64,000 nucleotides of DNA from Phycisphaerae bacterium (GTDB taxonomy: Bacteria > Planctomycetota > Phycisphaerae > WQYP01). A program made the translations under genes and the position numbers. The notes beneath the pieces are model-generated. The model searched no databases. It was not told the origin of the DNA and worked only from the letters and a program-made list of their open reading frames with translations. The stretch spans positions 1 to 64,000 of the forward strand of contig DASZZD010000032.1 in NCBI GenBank assembly GCA_035545015.1, in the 5' to 3' direction. Positions 37,818 through 46,202 of this stretch are shown here, piece after piece. Position 1 is the stretch's first letter; every line of letters begins with the position of its first letter.

Positions 37818-37852
37818 AGAAGGCAGTCGTCGGAAGAAAGAAGTCAGAACGG
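37818..37852. repeat. degenerate heptamer cluster (AGAAGGC AGTCGTC GGAAGAA AGAAGTC AGAACGG) in the ABC ATPase-permease spacer
   Basis: Shares AGAAGGCAGT(A/C)GTC with the groES-upstream cluster. Confidence 0.4.
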
Positions 37853-37861
37853 GATGGTGAG

Positions 37862-38596
37862 GTGACGATGGGACGGGTGTATGTGATAGCGCGGCGCGAG
37901 GTGGGGGCGTTGTTTTATTCGCCGATCGCGTATTTCGTGCTGTTCTTGTTTCTGCTGGTGACCGGGTTCCTCTTCGGCAGCCTGGTGTTCGTGCCGGGGC
38001 AGTTGTCGGAAGTGCGGCAACTGGTCGAGTACCTGCGTTTCGGCCTGTTCTTCATCGTGCCGGGCATCACGATGTCGCTGCTGGCGGATGAATACCGCTC
38101 CGGCCGGATCGAGATGCTGCGCACCAGCCCGATCACGGAGCTGGACCTGGTGCTGGGCAAATACCTCGGCGCCATGCTGTTTTACATCATCCTCCTGGCG
38201 TCCTCGTTCATTTACGTGGCGCTGCTGGTGATCTGGGGCCGGCCGGACTGGGGTCAGACCTTCTCCGCATACCTGGGACTGCTGCTGCTGGGCATGATGT
38301 TCGTGTCGATCGGCCTGTTCTTTTCGACCTGCACGAAGGACCAGATTGTCGCGTATCTGGCGACCATGCTGGTGCTCGGATTCATGACCTTCGCCAGCGG
38401 GCTCTCGACGCTGGTGCCCAAGCAGCAGTGGTTCATCCCGCTTCGGGCGCCGATCAATTACCTGGGCGTGTGGGCGCACATTTCCGATTTTTCGCGCGGC
38501 GTGGTGGATACCGAGCACCTGGTCTACTTCCTCGGGTTCACGCTGCTGTTTCTGTTTTTGACGTACCTGATCGTGGAAAGCCGGAAGTGGCAGTAA
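37862..38596 (+). CDS. ABC-2 family transporter permease (GldF-like)
   Basis: Six hydrophobic segments. Position after the GldA-like ATPase. Confidence 0.75.
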   Translation: MTMGRVYVIARREVGALFYSPIAYFVLFLFLLVTGFLFGSLVFVPGQLSEVRQLVEYLRFGLFFIVPGITMSLLADEYRSGRIEMLRTSPITELDLVLGKYLGAMLFYIILLASSFIYVALLVIWGRPDWGQTFSAYLGLLLLGMMFVSIGLFFSTCTKDQIVAYLATMLVLGFMTFASGLSTLVPKQQWFIPLRAPINYLGVWAHISDFSRGVVDTEHLVYFLGFTLLFLFLTYLIVESRKWQ

Positions 38597-38688
38597 GCGC
38601 CGGCGGACGACACGCGATGTTCGCAAACGCGCACGAATGGATACCACTGTCGCGGGGCGGGACATGACTGATTTGCGGGTGGAATGAG

Positions 38689-40824
38689 ATGACGCAACAC
38701 GTGGAAGAGACGCCGGACGCAACCAGCCGGCATTGGCTGTACGGGGCGAACCTGGCGGTGCTGGTGGCCGTGGGCGTGACGATCGTTGCGCTGGCGCTGT
38801 TTGTCTCGGCGAAATACACCAAGCACTGGGACATCACCAGCGGCGGCATTTATTCGCTCAGCGATTCGACCAAAAAACTCCTGGCGGAAATTGATCAGGG
38901 GAAGAACCAGTACGAACTCGTGAACCTTTTCCAGTCGACCGGCGATCCGCAATCGGCGGAGCACGAGCGGCGCGTGGATGACCTGGTCAACGATTACGCC
39001 CGGCGCTCCAAAAACATCACCGTCGACGATGACGCCGCCCTGTCGCGCGACGCCCTCTCGCAGAAAATCATGGCCCGCTATACGTCCGAGTTGAAGCCTT
39101 ATCAGGATGCGATCGATGACTACGCCAAGGTGTCAAAGGACATCGGCAACCTGGCGAAGGATGAAGCGCCCAACATGAGCGCCCTGGCCCAGCAGCCGGG
39201 GTTGAATCAGCAGGCCGTGCAGGTGGCGACGGAGTTGTACAGCGCCATGAGCGCCGAGATTCCCGATGCGCTCACGAAGATGGACAAGCTGGTGAAACGC
39301 GAGACGGATTCGACCACGCCCGACTGGGGCCAGCTCGTCACGACGCTGAAGGACCCGCTGGGACAGATTCAATCCACGCTGAATGTGCTGGCCACGCCGG
39401 CCCAGACCAAGCAGGCCTTCCCCCCGGCGATCGCCGATTATTTCGCCAAGGCGGCGGGAAAGTACAAGGCGGTGGCGGATGAACTGTCGGCATACATCGA
39501 CCGGCTGAACAAGCTCAAGCCGCTGACCGTGGAGGACATCCTCTCGAGCATCCGCCCCAACACGCTGGTGGTGCTGGGGCCGACCTCAGCGAAGGTGATT
39601 TCGGAATATGACATTTTCAAGCAGGCGCCGGCGGACCCGCAGAATCCCCAGGCTTCAACCGCCGAGGATTTCGAGGGCGAGCAGGCGGTCAGCTCCGCCC
39701 TGGTCAGCATGGTGCGTCCGGAGAAGGTGAAGGTGGTGCTCGTCACCTCGACGCCGCGAAACGTGACGACCAGTGGCGATCCGGATAGCTGGACGGAACT
39801 CAGCAACCGGCTGAAGGATTTGAACTTTGACGTGATGGAATGGTCGCCCCCGGGCCCGCCGACCTCGCCGGATCAGCCGCCGCCGTCGCCGACGCCGCCC
39901 GCACAAGGCAAAGGCGTGGTGTGGATCGTCTTTCCGCCCAGCCCGCCCAGCGCGCAGCAGATGATGAGCGGCGCGATGCCGGACCCCAAGCCGCTGGTCG
40001 ATGCGGTGCACGCGCACATCGCCGCGGGCGGCAACGCCCTGCTGCTGGCGGATGCCACCGGCGGCAACCCGCTCATGGGCATGTCGCCCGGCGGGGACAG
40101 CTATCCCTTCGATGACATCGCGAAATCCTTCGGCATCCTGGTGCAGCCCAAGTACATGGCGGTGTGGAATTACTCGGCCGAGGGACAATCCGAAGTGATT
40201 CCGGTCGTTCCGATCACGCAGTATGAAAAGCACGAGATCACCAAGCCGCTGGCGGGGCTGCAGACGGTGTTCGAGGCGCTGCAATCCCAGACGGGCGGGA
40301 TGGAGGGAGCGCCCACCTCGGTCACCGTGGATTCCACCGTGCCCAAGGGCGTCGATGTTCACGAACTCATCGAGACCCCCAACGACGCCGACCATTGGGG
40401 CGAGACCAGCTATGCGGCCACCGCCACCTTCGACAAGGGGACGGACATGGTGCCCCCGATCGGGCTGGCGGCGGCATCCGTCAAGAACGCCGGCGACAAG
40501 GACAAAGAACAGCGGCTGGTGGTGATCGGCAGCAGCACCATCGGATCGGACCGGCTGGTGAACCGTACGAGCCTGGCGCAGGTGGGCAACGAAGTGGTGC
40601 CTTACTATTTGTATCCCGGCAACGCGGAGCTGGTGGACAACTCGGTGCTGTGGCTGGCCGGTTATGAGAACATGATCGCCGTGAGCGCGAAATCCGGCGT
40701 GGCGATGCGCATCGGGCAGATCAGCCCGGGGCTGATGACCTTCATGCACTGGGTGATTTACCTGTGGATACCGGTGTTGGCGCTCATCGCCGGCGGCGTG
40801 GTGTGGGCGGTGCGGCGGCGGTGA
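38689..40824 (+). CDS. GldG-like ABC-transporter auxiliary protein
   Basis: N- and C-terminal TM anchors and a large periplasmic domain. Context after the GldA/GldF-like genes. Confidence 0.65.
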   Translation: MTQHVEETPDATSRHWLYGANLAVLVAVGVTIVALALFVSAKYTKHWDITSGGIYSLSDSTKKLLAEIDQGKNQYELVNLFQSTGDPQSAEHERRVDDLVNDYARRSKNITVDDDAALSRDALSQKIMARYTSELKPYQDAIDDYAKVSKDIGNLAKDEAPNMSALAQQPGLNQQAVQVATELYSAMSAEIPDALTKMDKLVKRETDSTTPDWGQLVTTLKDPLGQIQSTLNVLATPAQTKQAFPPAIADYFAKAAGKYKAVADELSAYIDRLNKLKPLTVEDILSSIRPNTLVVLGPTSAKVISEYDIFKQAPADPQNPQASTAEDFEGEQAVSSALVSMVRPEKVKVVLVTSTPRNVTTSGDPDSWTELSNRLKDLNFDVMEWSPPGPPTSPDQPPPSPTPPAQGKGVVWIVFPPSPPSAQQMMSGAMPDPKPLVDAVHAHIAAGGNALLLADATGGNPLMGMSPGGDSYPFDDIAKSFGILVQPKYMAVWNYSAEGQSEVIPVVPITQYEKHEITKPLAGLQTVFEALQSQTGGMEGAPTSVTVDSTVPKGVDVHELIETPNDADHWGETSYAATATFDKGTDMVPPIGLAAASVKNAGDKDKEQRLVVIGSSTIGSDRLVNRTSLAQVGNEVVPYYLYPGNAELVDNSVLWLAGYENMIAVSAKSGVAMRIGQISPGLMTFMHWVIYLWIPVLALIAGGVVWAVRRR

Positions 40825-40900
40825 GCGGCGACGCACTGAGGAGCAAACCCGCGAATCCAGAAACGGCCGCGGGATTCACAAGCGAGATGTTGGGGCTGCT

Positions 40901-42907
40901 ATGAATTTTCGGTTGACGATTACGTTGGTGATCATCCTGGTGCTGCTGGCGGCGGGATTTTTCGGGTACGAGTCGTGGCGGGACAAGCATCCGGAGAACA
41001 CGACGTCGACCCAGAAGCTGGTGATCTCGCCGGCGCCCACGGATATCAAGAGCCTGGAGTATGACAACGATGGGCAGGTGCAGGTCGCGTTTGCCAAAGG
41101 CGCGGACAATATCTGGCGGATGACCCAGCCGGTGGATGCCCCGGTGGATGAATACTCGATCTCCCCGGCGACCGATGCGCTCAAAGACCTCACCTATACG
41201 GACAAGTTCGATCCGGAGTCGTCGGGACCGAAATCCGCCGAAGCGACGGGCACCGGCAAGCCCCATCAGGCGATCAAGTTCACCGACGAGAAGGGCGACC
41301 AGCACACGCTGTTTGTCGGCAAACGCGCGGTCGGCGGCGTGTACGCCACGCTGGATTCGAGCAAGACGATTTACCTGCTCGACAAGAACCCGGCCGAGAC
41401 GCTCGACAAGGATCCGCAGGAGTTTCGCTCGAAACTCGTCAAAACGGTGGTGACCGACAACATTCAGCAACTGGTCGTCAAACATCGCGACCAGACGGTG
41501 ACGCTGCAAAAGTCCGATGGGAAATGGGTGATCACCGGGCCGATCACCGCGCGGGCGAATGAATCGACGGTGGACGGGATCGTCAACGAGCTCAAGGCCA
41601 TTCGGGCGGCGGGTTTTACGCAGTTGAAAAAGACCAACCTCGCGACGGGATTGAATCCGCCGGTGGTGAGCGTGACGGCGGAGGTGACCGAAAAACCCGC
41701 CACCACGGCGCCCGCGACCGGACCCGCCGCCTCCACCGCAAGCCGCCCCGCGACGACGGCGGTCACCCTCGAACTGGGCTATTACACCGACCCGACCAGC
41801 AAGAAATCGGTCTATGCGACGCTCGCCGGAACGAACGACGTCTTCACGCTCTCGTCGGACACCTTCAGCAAAATCAACCAGCAACTGTCGGACCTGCGCG
41901 ATCCGGTGGTGATCCCCGGAGCGGTCAGCGACGCGACCGACATTTCGATCAGCAAAGGCGATACGCCGGCCCTGGTGCTGCACCGCGCGAACGATGACTG
42001 GACCATGAACGGCGGCGCGGCGGGCGTGAAAGACCTAGCCGGCGATTCCGCGACGATCGGAACGCTGGTCTCGGACCTCAAGAACCTGCGAGCCAGCAAG
42101 TTTTCCGATGCGGCCGGCGATCTGAAGTCCATCGGGCTGGACCCCCCGCAGGCGAAGATCGAGGTGACGCTGCCCGCGCAGACGCGGCACGAGGTGCTGT
42201 TGATCGGCAAAGAGGAGCCGGAGAAACTGACGTCCGTGATGCTGCAGGGCGAGCCGACGGTGTACATGGTCAAGAGCGACGCGCTCGCCGGGATGACGCC
42301 CGACGCGCTGGCGCTGCGCGATCATGCGGTGGAGCGTCTGACGGCCGACGACATCCGGGAGATCGCGATCAGCGGCGGAGCGGTCGAGGGCGGCAAACCG
42401 CTGACGCTGCGGCGGGAAGGAACGAGCTGGAAGGTGGTCGATGGCGGTAAGACCGAAACAGCCGACGATACCAAAATCACCTCGCTGCTGGCGGACTTTA
42501 CCCCCCTGAATGCGGCCAAGTATGTGGCGGCGAATGCGACGGTGCAGGGTACGCCGGATGTGGTCGTGGAGGTCACGTCGGTGGAAACACCCTCGTCGCC
42601 CGCCACCCGCCCGGCAACGCAACCGGCCACGCAGGCTGCCGGCACGCAGGCGGCGAGCGCCCCGGCGACGATGTCGGCGGAACTGAAAGCGGCGTTGAAC
42701 AAATCCGCGGAAGGCCCGCGGTTGGGCAAGACGGTGAAGCGGACGCTGCGGATGTGGAAAGGCACCGGCACGGCCGGCTGGCGGGCGGTGTGGGACGGCC
42801 AGCAACCCGCATGGACGTTCGAGCCGACGCGCCAGTTGGTGGAGCACCTGACGACCACCAGCTACGCCGCCGCGGCAACACAACCCGCGACGGAGCCGGC
42901 GAAATAA
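40901..42907 (+). CDS. DUF4340-like periplasmic protein (commonly follows GldG)
   Basis: N-terminal TM anchor, repetitive beta-rich domains. Annotated by context. Confidence 0.5.
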   Translation: MNFRLTITLVIILVLLAAGFFGYESWRDKHPENTTSTQKLVISPAPTDIKSLEYDNDGQVQVAFAKGADNIWRMTQPVDAPVDEYSISPATDALKDLTYTDKFDPESSGPKSAEATGTGKPHQAIKFTDEKGDQHTLFVGKRAVGGVYATLDSSKTIYLLDKNPAETLDKDPQEFRSKLVKTVVTDNIQQLVVKHRDQTVTLQKSDGKWVITGPITARANESTVDGIVNELKAIRAAGFTQLKKTNLATGLNPPVVSVTAEVTEKPATTAPATGPAASTASRPATTAVTLELGYYTDPTSKKSVYATLAGTNDVFTLSSDTFSKINQQLSDLRDPVVIPGAVSDATDISISKGDTPALVLHRANDDWTMNGGAAGVKDLAGDSATIGTLVSDLKNLRASKFSDAAGDLKSIGLDPPQAKIEVTLPAQTRHEVLLIGKEEPEKLTSVMLQGEPTVYMVKSDALAGMTPDALALRDHAVERLTADDIREIAISGGAVEGGKPLTLRREGTSWKVVDGGKTETADDTKITSLLADFTPLNAAKYVAANATVQGTPDVVVEVTSVETPSSPATRPATQPATQAAGTQAASAPATMSAELKAALNKSAEGPRLGKTVKRTLRMWKGTGTAGWRAVWDGQQPAWTFEPTRQLVEHLTTTSYAAAATQPATEPAK

Positions 42908-42916
42908 GTCGCGCCG

Positions 42917-44059
42917 TCAGGTGCGGATGAAGTCGAGCATCACGGCGGCCACGGGGGTGAAGATCAGGACGGGCAGCCACGCGGAGAGCAGCGGGTCGAG
43001 CGTCGTGCCGCCCATCTGGAAGATCACGAACGTCGCCGCGAAGACGACCGCCGAGACGCCGACGCAGTAGAACATGTTGATGATCAGGCGATTGGGCTCG
43101 CGCGTCAGGAGGAAGGGAATGCCGATGAGCAGCATGATGATGTTCATCAACGGCTGGGTGAGCCGGAGATACATGATTTTGTAGAGCGGTGGCTGGTTGA
43201 TGGGCGGGCTGCTTTCGGCCAGGTCCCAGACCTGGCGCGAGGACAGGTAATCGACCGCTTTGCGCGAGGCGACCAGATCGAGCTGGCGCGGGGTCAGCGG
43301 GGTGTGGTAGACGAGGAGGGGTTCCTTGGCGGCGACCTGCCGGGCGGGGTCTTCACCGGGGCGGTCTTCGATCTGCAGGGCGTTGCGCATCACCCAGGCT
43401 TCGGTGGTTCCGCCGGGGGGAACCTCCCAGGTGGCGGTATCGGCCATGATGCGGCCGTGCGGCGCGCCGTCTTTTTCGCGTTGAATCACGCGCACGTCGG
43501 TGAGCTGCTTTTTCACCGGGTCGTAAGCGGAGGCGGTGATGAGGGAATTGTCTTCATCGCGGACGAAGTAGACGGGCTCCTCGTGGTTGCCGACCTGATT
43601 GACCTCATCGTGTTTGCGGAGGAGCTTTTGCACGACGTAAGGCTGGGAAATGAGGAATTCCTGATTAGCGGCCGAAAGCAGGCCGAAAGCGACCGACACC
43701 AGGATGATGGGCGCCGCGACGCGATAAAGCGAAACACCGGAGGCGAGCATCGCGGTAAGCTCGTGATGCCGCGTCATGCGAACCATGGTGAAGCCGGCGG
43801 CGAGAAGCGGGATGGCGCCGGAAACGAGCTGGAAGATGACCAGAGACTGGAAGGCGTAGTAATCGACGATGTCCCAGAGGACGTCGAAGGTGGCGCTGCC
43901 GCCGGAGGCGGCTTGTGTGGCGGCGACCTGTGCGCCCTTGGTGAAGTTGTCGAAGTTCACGATCAGGTCCAGCAGGATGTACATGCCGACCATCACTCCC
44001 AGCGCGAGCAGGTAGTTGACGATGAAGCTTCGGATGATGTAACGGTCGAGGAGCCGCAT
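42917..44059 (-). CDS. LptF/LptG-family (YjgP/YjgQ) permease
   Basis: MRLLDRYIIRSFIVNYLLALGVMVGMYILLDLI... N-terminus characteristic of LptF/G. 6 TM. Confidence 0.8.
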   Translation of the reverse strand: MRLLDRYIIRSFIVNYLLALGVMVGMYILLDLIVNFDNFTKGAQVAATQAASGGSATFDVLWDIVDYYAFQSLVIFQLVSGAIPLLAAGFTMVRMTRHHELTAMLASGVSLYRVAAPIILVSVAFGLLSAANQEFLISQPYVVQKLLRKHDEVNQVGNHEEPVYFVRDEDNSLITASAYDPVKKQLTDVRVIQREKDGAPHGRIMADTATWEVPPGGTTEAWVMRNALQIEDRPGEDPARQVAAKEPLLVYHTPLTPRQLDLVASRKAVDYLSSRQVWDLAESSPPINQPPLYKIMYLRLTQPLMNIIMLLIGIPFLLTREPNRLIINMFYCVGVSAVVFAATFVIFQMGGTTLDPLLSAWLPVLIFTPVAAVMLDFIRT

Positions 44060-44087
44060 AGATCTCCAGGGGGTGTTCGGGAAGGTG

Positions 44088-45764
44088 TCAGTGTCGCAGC
44101 AGGACGGCGTAGACGGCGGAAACCAGGGCCAGCAGCAGGATGTTGCCGGCCCAGATCAGGGTGGTTCCCGCGGCGACGTGGTTGTTGCTGCTCTCGGCGA
44201 GCTGCTGTCCGGCGGTGATCAGGAGCACGAGGATGATCGCGGGCACGAAGCCGACGACGAAGACGGCGAGCGGGTTGCGGCCGCGAAGCTGAATGCCCAG
44301 CGCGGCGCCAAGGAGGACCAGCGTGAGGCAGGAAAGGGAGAAGGACCCGCGGCTGTTGAATTCCGAGCTGATGGTGCGTGTGAGCGCCGCGATGGCGTCC
44401 TGTGCGCGGGTCTGGAGCCCGGTGAGCACGGGCGACCCGCTGGAAGCGGCGCTGTCGAGGAGCTGGCGGGGCGGCGGAAGCGAGACATCGCGGATGGCTG
44501 GGGGCAGTTGGATATTGGAGATGACCACCGTGCCGGTGGCGTTGGGGCCGATCTTCAGCACATTGTCGCGGCGCATCACGTTTCCGCGGAGCTGGAGTTT
44601 CGCGGAAGTGCCGGTGTCGATGAAGGGATCCTGCGTGAGCATGAGATCGGCCGCATCGCTGGTATAGGTGCTCTGGAGGACGTTTTTTTCATACTGCTCC
44701 AGGCGGACGGGCGCCTTGGCCGTGGCCGCGAAAGTGAGGACGCGATCCGGCGAAAGGGCGGCGGCGGGCGCATAGAGGCGGTAGTGCGTGATGGCGTCCG
44801 AGGCGATGGAGGCGGCGTTGAATTCCAGCGGCCGGGCGCCGTTGGAGGCGTTGTCGCGCCAGGCATTGTAGAGCCGCTCCGCGACCACTTCGTCCGTGAA
44901 GCGGTCACCAATGTCCGACAGGTATTTGGCGACATCGGGAAAAGGATAGGGGTCGCGCAGCAGATCGAGCAGCGCGCGGCGGTTGTAGTATTTGGGCTTG
45001 GCCCGGAGGAGGGAGGGAATGGTGACGGGGCGACCGTCGAGGGGAAAAACATCGACCGAGCCGGTGAGCTTCTGAAAGGTATTGGGCTCGAAGGCGGCGG
45101 CGTTGGAGAGCTCGCAGAGCACGTCGGTGGATCCGGCGTCGGGCTTGTCGCGCAGGGTGGCGACGGCCTGCTGGGCGATCACGAGGTAGGCGGGCTTGCC
45201 GTTTTTAAGCTGGGCGGCCGCCATTCCCTGGAGAACGACGCGGCTGGTGTCGGGCTGGTCGGTGGGTTGCTGGTAGGCTTTGTCGGCATAAATGACGAAG
45301 TTGTTGTACTCGAATTTTTCCTGCCGCGAGATCTGCGAGACCAGCAGGGCGCCCGAATCGCGGCGGATGGCGCGTTCCGTGGCCTCGAGGAAGTGCGGGA
45401 CGACGTAGTTGACGAAGCCCCAGTCGGTCGCCGCAACGATCCCGCCCAAAACGAACGCCGGGATGACGATGGCGATGAACGAGATGCCGCCGGCGCGACA
45501 GGCGGTGATTTCATTGTCCGTGGCGATCCGCCAGTACACCAGGACGGCCGCAAAGAGGGCGGCGATGGGAATGGCGTAAGCAAGCATCGCGGGCATCAGG
45601 TTCATCATGATGACCAGGAGCTGGCTGACATCGACGCCCTGCTTGGTGAAGGGCTTGAACATCCCGCCGAAGGCCAGCAGCGTGGTCAGCGCACTGGCGG
45701 TGAGAAAAAATATCCGCAGCAGCTCCCGGAAGATGTACCAGTGCAGGGTCTTGTAGTAGAACAT
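44088..45764 (-). CDS. LptF/LptG-family permease (second copy, long periplasmic domain)
   Basis: MFYYKTLHWYIFRELLRIFFLTASALTTLLAFGG... same family. Confidence 0.78.
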   Translation of the reverse strand: MFYYKTLHWYIFRELLRIFFLTASALTTLLAFGGMFKPFTKQGVDVSQLLVIMMNLMPAMLAYAIPIAALFAAVLVYWRIATDNEITACRAGGISFIAIVIPAFVLGGIVAATDWGFVNYVVPHFLEATERAIRRDSGALLVSQISRQEKFEYNNFVIYADKAYQQPTDQPDTSRVVLQGMAAAQLKNGKPAYLVIAQQAVATLRDKPDAGSTDVLCELSNAAAFEPNTFQKLTGSVDVFPLDGRPVTIPSLLRAKPKYYNRRALLDLLRDPYPFPDVAKYLSDIGDRFTDEVVAERLYNAWRDNASNGARPLEFNAASIASDAITHYRLYAPAAALSPDRVLTFAATAKAPVRLEQYEKNVLQSTYTSDAADLMLTQDPFIDTGTSAKLQLRGNVMRRDNVLKIGPNATGTVVISNIQLPPAIRDVSLPPPRQLLDSAASSGSPVLTGLQTRAQDAIAALTRTISSEFNSRGSFSLSCLTLVLLGAALGIQLRGRNPLAVFVVGFVPAIILVLLITAGQQLAESSNNHVAAGTTLIWAGNILLLALVSAVYAVLLRH

Positions 45765-46088
45765 CGAGTCCCTTCGATCGGGATGGGGCGAAGCAAATGA
45801 TTTGACACAAAAGGACAGGGAAGGTCAACGAAAAGCGGCAGTTTGCGGCAAGGGGGCGGGGCCGTGTTTTGTGGCATCGGCGTCCCGCCGATGTTCTGCC
45901 CAAGGCGGATGCGCCCGGGGCGCGGGATGTTTATTCCGGACAGAGCGGCCTGCGGGCCGCCATTGGCGGAGACGCCAATGCCACGATTGACTGCCACAAA
46001 AGATGGCCGCGCCCGGCAAGGGGGCGCGACTCGCAGCGCTCCGGCGATCGGACGCATGAGCGTTTTGTGCCCCCGAAGGCCGCACGTC

Positions 46089-46117
46089 TTGGACGGACCG
46101 GCAGGATGACCTATAAT
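46089..46117 (+). promoter_or_regulatory. sigma70-type promoter TTGGAC-N17-TATAAT for the TolC-like gene
   Basis: ttggacGGACCGGCAGGATGACCtataat. GAGGAA SD 6 nt before ATG 46203. Confidence 0.5.
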
Positions 46118-46147
46118 CCGCCGCTTCAACTTTGATCCGTGGGTCCT

Positions 46148-46171
46148 GAGAGGTTCGCAAAGAACCTTCTC
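46148..46171. promoter_or_regulatory. near-perfect palindrome GAGAGGTTC-gcaaa-GAACCTTCTC between promoter and start codon of the TolC-like gene (candidate operator)
   Basis: Direct inspection. Lies in the predicted 5' UTR. Confidence 0.4.
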
Positions 46172-46202
46172 AAGAACGGCGTATTACATACGAGGAACTT
46201 GC

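Noticed and set aside
846-37852. Heptamer repeat loci as CRISPR arrays
   Set aside because: Units are 7 bp, contiguous, with no unique spacers. No cas genes. They fit STRR/REP-like elements instead.
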